Positions 45,811 to 60,004 of a stretch of 64,000 bases of DNA are shown in pieces. The DNA comes from Ginglymostoma cirratum (lineage: Eukaryota), in contig JAHRHZ010000019.1 of the NCBI GenBank assembly GCA_024137785.1, positions 962,155-1,026,154 of the forward strand, in the 5' to 3' direction. The notes under the pieces are model-generated. The model searched no databases. It was not told where the DNA came from and saw only the letters and a list, made by a program, of their open reading frames with translations. The translations under genes were made by a program, and so were the position numbers. Positions within the stretch are counted from its first letter, which is position 1; each line of letters begins with the position of its first letter.

Positions 45811-48299
45811 AACATGCTGATGACATCTTCACTGCATCACAGCCCGTGACGTGAGAGTAAAAAGATCTTAGACTCCATCTTGTATCAGATCACATGAAGC
45901 ATGAGACTTCAGTGGAAATAATCCAGCTCTGTGTAACACAATTGATAATGTTAGCCCAGATGTTGACATGCCTGATGAAGGTCGTACTTTTCTATAATGG
46001 GAGCCTCCTCCATTTCTGAAGTAGTTATACATAATAGCAGCTTTTAGACTTGTTAATGTTCTCTTGTCACAGGAGATAGCATAAACCTTGCTGCATCAGG
46101 CTAAATACCCTGTTGGAGGTAAAATTAGAAACATACCTTTAAGCTCACTGTAAATGGAGTGATCCCATTGCTGCAGTGCAACAGGAAAAAGAGAAATGTC
46201 AAAAACTGTGATCTACGAACATGAACACAATGTTGTCTTATTTAGAATTATTTCGCGTCTAATAATATTTGCTGCTTTTGGGCAAAATGGATTTCTCTCC
46301 CTGGAACCAGATCCATGTTAACATAAGAACATTCATTAGTGTCAGATCAGTGGAAAAACATTTATTTTTGAGACTGGAGATTTTGGATAGAAAGCCAAGT
46401 CCCGAGATTTGATCATACCATCCAGGCTGGTCCCTCAGTGCAGTGCAGAGGCAGTGCAGCAGTGTCAACAGGATAGGCTTTTCAATGAGATGTCAAAATG
46501 AAGCCCTGTCTTTATGATCAAGTGAACAGATGATCTTTTTGGAAGAAATTTCTTTCCTCGAAGGATTGTTAATCTCTGAAATTCTGCCTGTAAAAGAGTT
46601 GACCATGTTTCAGTTGAAAGCATTTCAGGTTGAAATGAATAGACCTCTGGTCTCTCCTAGAAATTCCAGGATATGAGGAGCAGCTGGGAAAATGGAAGTG
46701 GGACAGATTATCCACCAGGATTGTATCGAATGATGGAGGAGCTTGGAGGAGCTGTCGGCTTTACACTTGCTCCCATTTCTTATGCCCCTTCTATTCTACA
46801 GCAGCCTTGCTCTCCCAATGTCCTTGCTGTGTTTAAATTGGTTCCTCTCTTCCTGATAACAGTGACCACACTTCAAAAGCACTTCACTCAGTGTAAGCAC
46901 TACCAGGCCATGCTGAGGTTGTGAGAGGAGTGATATAGATGGAAAATATTACTTCTTTCTTGTGATTGTGGAATACAGAGATGACCACAGCTGGCTCCTG
47001 ATGTTTGAGTGACTGAGGCGACCAGAGGATTGGGCATGAGGGAGGAAGGGATAGCAGGCAGCCAGTAAGGCCAAGTGGTAGTGGATGACACTTGAACTTT
47101 GGGTTCCAGGTGGGGGTTCACGGGATGGTGGTCTGAACCTGTGTTTGGAAAGCAATAATATCAGAGAGTGGAGACACTAATATGAGACCTGAGCAGGAAG
47201 ATCCCAGTAATTTGAGTTCAGAATCCAGCATTGTACTTAATCAGGATTCTAGTCACTGAGCTCATTTCCACTGATGGTGATTGGTGGATCGAGATGTCAG
47301 TCAGATGATGGGACCAATGGAAACTAGAAAGAGGACTCTTTGGGAATAGGATGAATTTTGTAAAACCCAGATATTAATTGCAGTGCGAGATATTTACCCT
47401 GTATGTTGAGTCAGAATCTTCTGGAGAATCTTTCACATTCTGTGATAAGATGGAAACAAGAAAGATTGGGTTCAGTGATTATTATGAAATGAGAGATGAC
47501 TGAATGTTGATAAGGCACGATCAAGAATTACAGTCTTGAAATGTTTCTATTTTCATGAAAGTGGCTGAATTACCAAACAGTTTCCAAATCATAACTGTGA
47601 GCAGCTGACAGTACAGCCAAGTGGAAGAGAAATAGAGCTCCTGGATAGAGGCAGATCCCAGAGAGAAAACCGGGAACAATATCAGGAATACTTTGTCACA
47701 AACATCCCAGGCAGACTGAACCCTCATACTGAATTACACAAGGCATTTTCGACAAGTACATCTCATTTGCCAATTTGAGTGTTTCTTTTTGCCCTGCTGA
47801 AGGGTCATTCAGTGGTAACCATGAGGGAAAATTAGAAATAAGCCATGCTAAGCTACTCTGCAATTGCCCCCAGTGAGTGGGCAAAGATTATTTCACGATA
47901 TGGGATCAGCTCTCCCGGTCTCTCTCTCTCTGCCTGGGAGTAATGCCCTAAAGTCATGAGCTGTCTTGGAGTGGAAATTTTTTTATCTTTTGTGTTTTTG
48001 ATTGTGGGTGGAAATGGGAAGTTAACTGTTTTACAAACCAGGGATTGTTGAGGCGATGCTGCACCTTCTGAAATCGTATAACCTGACCCTCATTGTAAGT
48101 GCTGTTGACACAACTGCTTGTTGTGGCAGTATTGGGGGATGGTTTACAGATAAGAACGAGCTGGAGGGTGGACAGGGATGAGATGGGGGGGAGGAGAGGG
48201 TGTCAAAATGTCATTCTGACTGGCAACACGTAGCTGATTGGTCTGTGAACCCAGGGCCAGTTATTGATAACAAATGCCTTCTGCCTCCCAATATTGATA

Positions 48300-50610
48300 T
48301 GAGTGGTTCAGGGAGCTAGGAGAGAAGTTAAAGAGGAGGACCTCAAAGGTAGTGGTCTCAGGGTTGCTACCAGTGGCACGTGCTAGCCAGGGTAGAAATG
48401 AAAGAATAGGCAGGATGAACACGTGGCTTGAGGGATGGTGTAGGAGGGAGGGGGTCAGATTTGTGGGACACTGGGACCTGTTCTGGGGAAGGTGGGACTA
48501 TTACAACTTGGATGGTCTACACCTGAACCAGACTGGAACTAGTGTCCTAGGGAAAGTTTTTGCTAGGGCTGTTGGGGAGGGTTTAAACTAATGTGGCAGG
48601 GGGATGGGAACCAGAGGAGAAGACTAGTAGACAGTGAGGTGGAAACTAGAGACTGTAAGGATCATGGAGTTAGCATTACCAAGGGGAAGAGTAGGCAGAG
48701 AGCAGATGAACGCAAAGGAACTGGTGGTCTGAAGTGCATATACTTTAATGCAAAGAGTATAGTGGGTAAGGCCGACGAACTTAGGTCTTGGATCAGTGCC
48801 TGGGAGCATGACGTTATTGCGATCACAGAGACTTGGTTGAAGGAAGGGGATGATTGGCAACTAAATGTCCCAGGATATAGATGCTTCAGACAGGACAGGG
48901 AGGGAAGTAAAAGGGGGGGAAGGAGTTGCATTGCTGGTCAGGGATGATATCACGGCTGTGCTAAAAGAGGGCACGATGGAGGGCTTGAGCAGTGAGGCAT
49001 CATGGGTAGAGCTGAGAAATAAGAAGGGTGCAGTTACGTTGTTGGCGCTGTACTACAGGCCTCCCAACAGTGAGCGTGAGGTAGAAGAACAAACAGGTCG
49101 ACAGATTATGGAAAGATGTAGAGGTAACAGGGTGGTGGTGATGGGAGATTTTAATTTTCCCAACATTGACTGGGATACACTTAGTGTCGGAGGTCTGGAT
49201 GGGGCAGAATTTGTAAGGAGCATCCAGGAAAGTTTTCTAGAGCAGTATGTCAATAGTCCACCTAGGGAAGGGGCCATATTGGACCTAGTGTTGGGGAAAG
49301 GGCCAGGCCAGGTGGTAGAAGTTGCAGTGGGGGATTTCTTTGGGAATAGTGACCACAATTCTGTAAGTTTTAGAATACTCGTAGACAAAGATGAGAGTGG
49401 TCCTAAGGGAAGAATACTAAACTGGGCCAATTATATCAAAATTCGGCAGGAGCTGGGAAATGTGGATTGGGGACAGCTATTTGAAGGGAAGTCGCCATTT
49501 GATATGTGGGAGGCTTTCAAAGATAGGTTGAAGATAGTGCAGGATAGGCATGTCCCTTTGAAAACAAGGGATAGGAAAGGAAAGATTCGTGAACCGTGGA
49601 TGACAGGAGAAATCGTGCGACTAGCCAAGAGGAAAAGGGAAGCGTACATAAGGTCCAGGCAGCTAAGAACAGAACGGTCCTTGGAGGGATATCGGGAGAA
49701 TAGGACCAATCTTAAACGAGGAATCAGGCAGGCTAAAAGGGGTCATGAAATAACTTTAGCCAACAGAATTAAGGAGAATCCCAAGGCCTTTTATTCATAT
49801 ATAAGAAGCAGGAGGGTAACTAGAGAAAGGGTTGGTCCACTAAAGGATAAGGAAGGAAGGTTTTGTGTCGAACCTGAGAAAATGGGTGAGATTCTCAATG
49901 ATTACTTTGCATCAGTGTTCACTGAGGAGAGGGACATGATGAATGTTGAGATTAGAGATAGAAGTTTGTTTACTCTGGATCACGTTGACATAAGGAGGGA
50001 AGATGTGTTGGGTAGGCTAAAGGATATTAAGGTGGACAAATCCCCAGGACCGGATGGGATCTATCCCAGGATGCTGAGGGAGGTGAGAGAGGAAATAGCT
50101 GGGGCCCTGACAGATATCTTTGTAGCATCCTTAAACACAGGTGAAGTGCCNNNNNNNNNNNNNNNNNNNNNNNNNNNNNNNNNNNNNNNNNNNNNNNNNN
50201 NNNNNNNNNNNNNNNNNNNNNNNNNNNNNNNNNNNNNNNNNNNNNNNNNNNNNNNNNNNNNNNNNNNNNNNNNNNNNNNNNNNNNNNNNNNNNNNNNNNN
50301 NNNNNNNNNNNNNNNNNNNNNNNNNNNNNNNNNNNNNNNNNNNNNNNNNNNNNNNNNNNNNNNNNNNNNNNNNNNNNNNNNNNNNNNNNNNNNNNNNNNN
50401 NNNNNNNNNNNNNNNNNNNNNNNNNNNNNNNNNNNNNNNNNNNNNNNNNNNNNNNNNNNNNNNNNNNNNNNNNNNNNNNNNNNNNNNNNNNNNNNNNNNN
50501 NNNNNNNNNNNNNNNNNNNNNNNNNNNNNNNNNNNNNNNNNNNNNNNNNNTTGGAGGGCCGAAGGGCCTGTTCCTGGGCTGTAAGTTTTCTTTGTTCCTT
50601 GTTCTTTGTT
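48300..50610 (+). mobile_element. Young CR1 LINE: ORF1 SGNH-esterase end plus ORF2 APE; assembly gap 50151-50550 inside
   Basis: ORF 48352 (DGLHLN), ORF 48591 (CIYFNAKSI, IAITETW), ORF 48865 (YYRPP, GDFNF, SDHN, KSPGPDG); CR1 3' end after the gap. Confidence 0.93.
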
Positions 50611-51569
50611 CACAGGAAGCTGAACAACTTTGGTGGTGTGAATAAGATACAGTGGCGCCAACAGTTCTCCACCAGGTCAGGAGCCTTGTCTCTGTTCTCT
50701 ACAGTAAAACAGCACTTTGAAACTCAAGAAAGTCAGCTGATTTCTCCTTCAGCTGTCACTGTAAGCTGCAACTTTTAAATAATTAGTCAGAGAACTGTTA
50801 TAAGTGTGAATCAGTCAGAGAGCTGCTACAAGTGTTAATCAGACACCCAGTGCCTTCTGGAAACAAGCAAAAGCATCTGGAGAAGGAAAATTGAGAAGCA
50901 GGGTCTGAGCAGAACAAGAATCATTTCAGAAAACCCTATGGGCAGAGAACTCTGAACTGTCATCCCAGTCTTTCCCTCTGTCCATAACACCCATGTTTTT
51001 GTCTGTCTTTGTCAATCTGGATGTGGGAAAGGGGGAGTTCATAATAGGGCATGGGTTTTAACTGGCTGAGTTGTGTGTCAATAGCTCATCATTGTTTCCC
51101 TGTCACGAGATTCAAGTTTTTTTTTGTATTAAACAGCAACTCTTGTTACGGAGAGACACCTGGCCTGTGTTTTCTGCCAACCTGTGTCTAAAAGACAGGG
51201 GAATAGAATGTTGTGCGTGGTTTATAAAAACTTTAAATTTTGTGATAGCGACACAAACAGCTGGGCTCCATTTTCAGCATGTTACCACAGCGAGGTGTAA
51301 CAAGGAACTTAAGACAAAAAATTGGCTGTGCAGGAGAAATTGATTTGAAATCATAACTTGATAATGACACCAGCTCATCCCCTGGCCAGTTTCGTGTTCC
51401 AAGAACAGTGAAACTCACTCACCTGTGTCCTGTTCAGTTGAAGGTTGGATTCTGTAAGCTCCAGTAGATGTTAGTCACCAGTTGCTGTCAAACATTCTGT
51501 GAGACAAATAGCAAAATGTCACAAGCAGGCAGCAAGGGTGTTGTTGAGAATATTTCTCGAGGAAGACCA

Positions 51570-54500
51570 CATAGAACATAGAACATAGAACATAGAACAT
51601 TACAGCGCTGTACAGGCCCTTCGGCCCTCGATGTTGTGCCAACCTGTGAAACCAATCTGAAGCCAATCTAACCTACACTATTCCATTATCATCCATGTGT
51701 TTATCCAATGACCATTTAAATGCCCTTAAAGTTGGCGAGTCTACTACTGTTGCAGGCAGGGCATTCCACGCCCTTACTACTCTCTGAGTAAAGAACCTAC
51801 CTCTGACATCTGTCCTACATCTATCACCCCTCAATTTAAAGCTATGTCCCCTTATGCTAGCCATCACCATCCAAGGAAAAAGGCTCTCACTGTCAGCCCT
51901 ATCTAATCCTCCGATCATCTTGTATGTCTCTATTAAGTCACTTATTAACCTTCTTCTCTCCAATGAAAACAGCCTCAAGTCCCTCCGCCTTTCCTCATAA
52001 GACCTTCCCTCCATACCAGGCAACATCCTGGTAAATCTCCTCTGCACCCTTTCCAATGCTTCCACATCCTTCCTATAATGCGGTGACGCAATACTCCAAG
52101 TGCGGCCGCACCAGAGTTTTGTACAGCTGCAACATGACGTCATGGCTCCGAAATTCAATCCCTTTACCAATAAAACCGAACACACCGTACGCCTTCTTAA
52201 CAACCCTATCAACCAGGGTGGCAACTTTCAGGGATCTATGCACATGGACACCAAGATCTCTCTGCTCGTCCACACTACCAAGAATCTTACCATTAGCCCA
52301 GTACTCTGTATTCCTGTTACTCCTTCCAAGGTGAATCACCTCACACTTTTCCGCATTAAACTCCATTTGCCACCTCTCAGCCCAGCTCTGCAGCTTATCT
52401 ATGTCCCTCTGTAACCTGCAACATTCTTCCGCACTATCTACAACTCCACCGACTTTACTGTCATCTGCAAATTTACTAACCCATCCTTCTACGCCCTCAT
52501 CCAGGTCATTTATAAAAATGACAAACAGCAGTGGCGCCAAAACAGATCCTTGTGGTACACCACTAGTAACTGAACTCCAGGATGAACATTTCCCATCAAC
52601 CACCACCCTCTGTCTTCTTCCAGCTAGCCAATTTCTGATCCAAACTGCTAAATCACCCTCAACTCCATGCCTCCATATTTTCTGCAATAGCCTACCGTGG
52701 GGAACCTTATCAACGTTTTACTGAAATCCATATACACCACATCAACCGCTTTACCCTCATCCACCTGTTTGGTCACCTTCTCAAAGAACTCAATAAGGTT
52801 TGTGAGACACGACCTACCCTTCACAAAACCGTGTTGACTATCCCTAATCAAATTATTCCTTTCCAGATGATTATAAATCCTATCTCTTATAATCCTTTCC
52901 AACACTTTACCCATAACTGAAGTAAGGCTATAATTACCAGGGTTGTCTCTACTCCCCTTCTTGAACAAGGGGACAACATTTGCTATCCTCCAGTCTTCTG
53001 GCACTATTCCTGGAGACAATGACGACATAAAGATCAAAGCCAAAGGCTCTGCAATCCCCTCCCTAGATTCCCAGAGAATCCTAGGATAACTCCCATCTGG
53101 CTCAGGGGATTTATCTATTTTTACACTTTTCATAATGGCTAACAGCTCCTCCTTATGAACCTCAATCCCGTCTAGTCTAATAGCCTGTATGTCAGTATTC
53201 TCCTTGACAACATTGTCTTTTTCCTTTGTGAATACTGACAAAAAATATTCATTTAGCGCCTCTCCTATCTCTTTGGACTCCGCGCACAACTTCCCACTAC
53301 TGTCCTTGACTGGCCTTAATCTTACTCTAGTCATTCTTTTATTCCTGACATACCTATAGAAAGCTTTAGGGTTTTCCTTGATCCTACCTGCCAAAGACTT
53401 CTCATGTCCCCTCCTGGCTCTTCTTAGCTCTCTCTTTAGGTACTTTCTGGCTAACTTCTAACTCTCAAGCACCCTAACTGAGCCTTCACGCCTCATCTTT
53501 ACACAAGCCTCCCTCTTCCTCTTGACAAGAGATTCAACTTCTTTAGTAAACCATGGTTCCCTCGCTCGACCACTTCCTCCCTGCCTGACAGGTACATACT
53601 TATCAAGGACACGCAGTCGCTGTTCCTCGAACAAGCTCCACATTTCAATTGTGCCCAGCCCCTGCAGTTTCCTTCCCCATCCTATGCATCGTAAGTCTTG
53701 CCTAATTGCCTCATAATTGCCTTTCGCCCAGCTATAACTCTTGCCCTGCGGTATATACCTATCCCTTTCCATCGCTAAAGTAAACATAACCGAGTTGTGG
53801 TCACTATCACCAAAGTGCTCACCTACCTCCAAATCTAACACCTGGCCTGGTTCATTACCCAGTAACGAATCCAATGTGGCCTCGCCTCTTGTTGGCCTAT
53901 CTACATACTATGTCAGGAAATCCTCCTGCACACATTGGACAAAAACTGACCCATCTAACATACTCGAACTATCGCGTTTCCAGTCAATATTTGGAAAATT
54001 AAAGTCCCCCATAACAACTACCCTGTTACTTTCGCTCCTATCCAGAATCATCTTTGCAATCCTTTCCTCTACATCTCTGGAACTTTTTGGAGGCCTGTAG
54101 AAAACTCCCAACAGGGTGACCTCTCCTTTCCTGTTTCTAACCTCAGCCCATACTACCTCAGTAGATGAGTCCTCATCAGACGTCCTTTCTGCCACCGTAA
54201 TACTGTCCTTGACTAACAATGCCACACCTCCCCTTCTTTTACCATCTTCCCTGATCTTACTGAAACATCTAAACCCCGGAACCTGCAACAACCATTCCTG
54301 TCCCTGCTCTATCCATGTCTCCAAAATGGCCACAACATCGAAGTCCCAGGCACCAACCCATGCTGCAAGTTCTCCCACCTTATTACGGATGCTCCTGGCG
54401 TTGAAGTAGATACAATTCGAACCACCTTCCTGCCTGCTGGTACACTCCTGTGACCTTGAAACCTTATTCATGACCTCACTACTCTCAATCTCCTGTCCAC

Positions 54501-54710
54501 TGGAACTACAATTCAGGTTCGCATCTCCCTGATGAATTAATTTAAACCCTCCCGAAGAGCATTAGCAAATTGCCCCCCCAGAATATTGGTACCCCTCTGG
54601 TTCAGGTGTAGACCATCCCGTTTGTAGAGGTCCCAACTACCCCAGAATGAGCCCCAATTATCCAGGTACCTGAATCCCTCCCTCCTGCACCATCCCTGTA
54701 GCCACCTGTT
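51570..54710 (-). mobile_element. Near-complete CR1 ORF2 (APE and RT, frameshifted) plus ORF1 end, with (ATAGAAC)n tail
   Basis: ORFs 53908, 53458, 52648, 52073 ([12 protein letters not shown]) and 51673; tandem tail 51570-51600. Confidence 0.95.
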
Positions 54711-55145
54711 CATCATTCTGGGATAGGATTTGTCAAGTAGTGTCGTTAGCTGGGATCAGAACACTTTTGGCAATGAACATAAATCCCTGATCTCTGATTG
54801 TTGTCTCAAATGATACAGATAATACTTATTCCCTGCTCGCTCAAACTAAATCTCTAATCATCTTGAAAACCCATTTAATGCACTGTCATTTTTGTTGATC
54901 TGAGGAATGTTTCTGAAAGGGACAAAGCACAGATTTACAAAGGTCTGACTCTATCGGCTGGAGGACTCCAGGAGGCTGTTTCTGTGTCTGAAGATCCATT
55001 CATTTTCTGGGCCATTCTTTACAGCTTTTCTGTCCTGACAGGCAGTTACAAGTCGTAGCTAAAATCCCAGGGGATCCCATCACCTTCATTCTGTCAGTTG
55101 TGGGTTCACCACCTTTCATGTTCTGTTCTGTTCATCACCAAAGAC

Positions 55146-55828
55146 ATTTTTCCCTTCCCACCCTTATCTGCCTTCCGGAGGAACCACTCTCTCCATGACT
55201 CCCTTGTCCGCTCCACACTCCCCTCCAGCCCCACCACACCCGGCACTTTTCCCTGCAACCGCAGGAAGTGCTACACCTGCCCCTACACCTCCCTCCTCAC
55301 CCCCATCCCAGGCCCCAAGAAGACTTTCCACATCAAGCAGATGTTCACCTGCACATCTGCTAATGTGGTATACTGCATCTGTTGTTCCTGTTGTGGCCTC
55401 CTCTACATCGGGGAAACCAAGCGGAGGCTAGGGGACGGCTTTGCAGAACACCTACTCTCGGTTTGCACTAAACAACTGCACCTCCCAGTCGTGAACCATT
55501 TTAACTCCCCCTCCCATTCCGCAGACGACATGTCCATCCTGGGCCTCCTGCAGTGCCACAACATGCTACCCGAAGGTTGCAGGAACAGCAACTCAAATTC
55601 TGCTTGGGAACCCTGTGGCCCAATGGTATCAATGTGGACTTCAGAAGCTTCAAAATCTCCCCTTCCCCTACCGCATCCCAAAACCAGCCCAGATCTTCCC
55701 CGCCTCTCTAACCTGTCCTTCCTCCCACCTATCCCCTCCTCCCACCTCAAGACCCACCCCCATCTCCTACCTACTAACCTCATCCCGCCCCCTTGACCTG
55801 TCCGTCTTCCCTGGACTGACCTATCTCC
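55146..55828 (+). mobile_element. Penelope-like element GIY-YIG endonuclease fragment
   Basis: ORF 55098-55796: FTCTSANVVYCICCSCCGLLYIGETKRRLGDGFAEH...VVNHFN. Confidence 0.9.
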
Positions 55829-56214
55829 TGAAAGCTTGAGATTCCAACCAAAAGGGACTCACTTTTCCTATTGCTGACTTCATTCTAGGCAAGTGCAGCA
55901 AGGGAATGTCTGGCCCAGAGGTGGATCAGAGAATCACAGAAATGTTCCAGTGTAGAAGGAGACCATTCAGGCCATCCTATCTGCACTGGCTATTCAAATG
56001 AGCATCATTACTGACTGCTAATGTCCTGCTTTCTCCCCACAGCCTTGCACACTGTTAGGATATAGAATAGGATGTCGCAATGCGAATCAGAGAGAGTGTG
56101 GTAAGGGGCTATCGATTGCAGGCTGTTTGAAACTTTTAACTGGCAAGACAGCCACAAACACTCACTCCCTCTTCCACTCACCTGCAGCATTGTGTATTGT
56201 CTACAAGATGCCAT

Positions 56215-56565
56215 AGCATCCCTGTAGTGTGGAAACAGGCCATTCACCCCAACAAGTCCACTCCAAGTTTCTGAAGAGGATCCCATCCAAACGCACACCC
56301 CTACCCTCTCCAATCTCTGCAACACGCATGGCTAATCTGCCTAACCTATACATCCCTGGACACTTGGGCATTTTAGCATGGCCAATCCACCTCACCTGGG
56401 CAACTTTGGACTGTGGGAGGAAGCCAGAGTGCCCAGAGTAAAACTAATGCAGACACGTGGAGAAAGTGCAAACTCCACACAGACAGTCGCTTGTGGCTGG
56501 AATTGGTGCCAGGTCCATGGCATAAAGAGACACCAGCTCTAACCACCGAGCCACAAGCTACACTG
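56215..56565 (-). mobile_element. V-SINE (HE1-like)
   Basis: Reverse complement of the SINE at 31450-31750; absent from the paralogous B intron. Confidence 0.8.
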
Positions 56566-56788
56566 CAGAAATTCACCAGTCAGCACCTTCAAAACCGACA
56601 AATTCCTACATCTAGAAGGACAAGGGCAGCAAATCAATGAGAACACCATCCCCTGGAAGTTCACCTCCAAGCCACTCCCCATCGTGCCTTGGGAATACTT
56701 GGCCCTGCCCTTCTGCCTTCCACTGATGAAGCACAGCAGCTGTGTGCTCCCTTCCCTGTTCACGCAGTGTTCCCTCCCATTTCCTTAC

Positions 56789-57136
56789 CAGTTACATTGA
56801 GCTGGCTCCCTGCTCCATAGATGTAGCTCCACACACTGCAGCGGTACACAGCACTATCATTGACAGTCACATTCACAAGGCTCAGAATATAACTGTTCCT
56901 GCTGATTTTCCTGGAGAGCTGAACATGATCGTGGAAACCCTGGGCCTTGGTGAGGATACCATTCACAAACTGGCTTATCACCCACTCCGCGTTGCTGCTA
57001 GGTCACTGGTAGTGCCAGTGTACATCAGTGTCAATCACACTGGCATTGTACATGGCACACTGGAACTCGACAGTTTCACCCTCTGGTACCCTGCTGATCA
57101 CTGGATACTGAATGAGGACTGGATCAGCCAATGGAT
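56789..57136 (-). pseudogene. Gene C VJ exon, V5 paralog, one premature stop
   Basis: 348 nt, splice sites intact, about 94% identical to 36839-37186; HYQ-TGA replaces HYQR. Confidence 0.92.
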
Positions 57137-58099
57137 CTGTTCATTTCAAAGAGTAAAATTAGTGTAACTTGAATTGTAACATTTTATAAAATATCCTCCT
57201 GATTAAATGATGATTTACAGAGGATGAACTGAAGCTTCCTGTGTGGACATTGCTGTTTGTGATTTGAAAGGGAATGATTTGAAACATATCCATCAGCTGA
57301 ATGCTTTCCAATTTTCTGCTTTGATTCATTTTGTACAGGATCCTGTCCCAGAATAAAATATCAAGATGAGAATTTCACAATGTTCATAGCTGACCAATCA
57401 GAAGAGATTGAGCAGCCACTTAAAAAGTTCCATTCTCACTGAAAACCAAAAGGAAAAAGTTAAAAGTTTCAAACAGCCTGCAATCAATAGCCCCTTACCA
57501 CACCCTCTCTGATTCGCATTGCGACATCCTATTCTATATCCTAACAGTGTGCAAGGCTGTGGGGAGAAAGCAGGACATTAGCAGTCAGTAATGATGCTCA
57601 TTTGAATAGCCAGTGCAGATAGGATGGCCTGATTGGTCTCCTTCTACACTGGAACATTTCTGTGATTCTCTGATCCACCTCTGGGCCAGATATTCCCTTG
57701 CTGCACTTGCCTAGAATTAAGTCAGCAATAGGAAAAGTGAGTCCCTTTTGGTTGGAATCTCAGGCTTTCTCCTCCATTCCTGACCCAGGTAACCAACCCA
57801 GGGTCAGGAAATATTTGCGATCAGGAGCCAATACAAAAGTGTGTCATTGGCTCCACTGTTAGAAAGGCCTAGGATCCATACCAGCCTCGCCTGCTGTCAC
57901 AGCCTCCTGTCCCTGATCCATGACTAATCTCCAATTCTCCAATCAGAGGAAAGTGAGCACCCTCTGAAGAAAGATTCCCAGGGAACTTTCTCCTTCCCTG
58001 GTGTGACACAATGTTTGCAGCTCAGACTCCAACTCCTCATCTTGGATCCAAACTTCCTCGAGCTGCAAAAACTCTGGATATGTTCACTCTGGATCCCAA

Positions 58100-58480
58100 G
58101 GGGTACGCAGGAGACTTCATTAAAACATGTAAGATCCTGGGGGCCTTGACCGGGTGGATGTGAAAAGGATGGTTCCTCTTGAAGGAGAATCGAGAGCTAG
58201 GGGGCAGAGTCTAAAAATATGGGAGTGCACATTTAAGACAGAGATGAGGAAACTTTTTTCTCAGAGGGTTGTGTGTGTTTGGAATTCCTTTTGTCAAAAG
58301 GCAATGGATGCAGAGTCATTAAATATTTTTAAGGCTGAGGGAGGTTGATTACACAGAGGGTGAAAGATTAACAGGAATTTTCAGGACTGTAGAGTTGAGG
58401 TTAAAATCAGATCATCTATGATTTAATTGAGTGGTGGAGCCAGCTAGATAGGCTCAATTGCCTACTCCTGTTCCCATGTA
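58100..58480 (+). mobile_element. CR1 3' fragment
   Basis: ORF 58154-58348 (FSQRVVCVWNS). Confidence 0.7.
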
Positions 58481-59407
58481 CCTCTGCATCTCTTGGACTA
58501 ATGGAATGATTGAAGGTCTTAAGAAGGTGAGTAACCAGGGTGGGTGAGAGGAAGGGTTTGCTCAGGACAAGGACATCAAGGTGGAGGTAGGAGTGTCATT
58601 GAGCAGAACAGGAGGCGCAGAGGATTGTGGGAAATGTCAGCCCAAAGGCTTAAGAGCTGAGAGTTTGAAATTTCATGTTTAAAACCTCAAGGCCACAAGA
58701 CCATGAGATATAGGAGCAGAATTAGGACATTTGGTCTATTGAGTCTGCACTACGATTTGATCAGACTGAAATGTTTTGCAAATCTATTCCCCTCCCCATC
58801 AACACATAGAAAATAGGAGCAGGCGTAGGCCATTCAGCCCACTATGTCTGCACTGCCTTTCAACATAACCATTGCTGATCATCAAACTCTGTGCCCTGCT
58901 CCCGATTTCTCCCCACACCCTTTGATCCCTTTAGCCCTCAGAACTATATCTAACTCCTTATCAAAAACATTCAATGTTTCGGCCTCAACTGCTTCCTGTG
59001 GCAGAGACGTCTGCAGGGTCCCCATTCTCTGGGTGAGGCCGTTTCTTATTAAGGCCCATTCAAGATGGACATCAAGTGCTAGCCTAGCCGGTGATGCCCA
59101 CATCCCAAGAATGAATGAAACAAAACCAGATAGAGACAGGAGAATGTTGAATAGAATACTGAGAACAAATGAGATGGAGATGTAAAAAGTCAGAAAGAAG
59201 AGAAAGAGTTTGAGATTGAGGAACTGGTCCAAGAGAAGAAGCAGTTTATTCTATCCATGAGTAAAACAAGAGAAGGTAACTTTTCTATGTTTATATCGAG
59301 CTCTCTGCTTTCTCTTTATCAGAGGAATTCAACACATTCTCCTCTCCAATTAGTTCATGTGGAAGGGGTTGCTGTGTTACTTCACTGTAACTTACTTTAC
59401 TACTTAC

Positions 59408-59751
59408 CCATGACAGTCAGCTGGGTTCCATTCCCACTGATATCTCCCCACACTTTACAGTAATAGACCCCACCGTCATTGAGCTGCAAATTTGTAATGG
59501 TCAGAATGAAGCTGTTATTGGAGGAATGTCTAGAAAACTGGAATCACTCAGTGAATCCTGGGCTCCGTTGTGTGATGCTCCTCACGTGATGTGTTAAAAC
59601 CCACTCTGTGTTATTCCCTGGTTGCTCCTGATACCAGTGAACTTCGGTGTGTGTCACTACGGCATTCTACACGGTGCACTATAAACGGCAGTGTGACCCT
59701 TGGTGACATGTTCCAGGATCTGAGACTGGAGAAGGACTGGGACATTTACAC
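59408..59751 (-). pseudogene. Gene C VJ exon, V4 paralog
   Basis: 344 nt (1-nt deletion), three stops; ends YYCKVWGDISGNGTQLTVM|gtaagt. Confidence 0.92.
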
Positions 59752-60004
59752 CTTTAAGAGGAAAGGTATGAATAGGTTAAGACTAGTCCGAACTTTCTGA
59801 AGAAATCCAATTTAGAGTTCAAGAGAAAGGACAGACTGTAACAGTTAATGGAATTAATTATTCAAAATAAACAAGACCTTTTTGAGCATGAGGCCATAAG
59901 ATAATGGAGCAGAATTAGGCCATTTGGCCCATCAAACATGCCCTGCCATTTGTTCATGGTTGATATGTTAACCTCCTGCTTTCTCCCCAGAACAGAGAGT
60001 TGAT

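Larger units (their letters stand above)
55830..57769. repeat. 312-bp inverted repeat (55830-56141 and 57458-57769) flanking the gene C V5 exon
   Basis: Direct comparison gives about 6 mismatches (about 98%); 1316-bp spacer. Confidence 0.92.

Noticed and set aside
46073-46130. Acceptor-like ttctcttgtcacag as the last exon of gene B
   Set aside because: Early stops in all three frames and no signalling motif
54875-54912. Possible short terminal exon for gene C on the - strand (ETFLRSTKMTVH*) giving a secreted form
   Set aside because: Only an acceptor-like tract supports it; no homolog in B, and upstream exons carry stops
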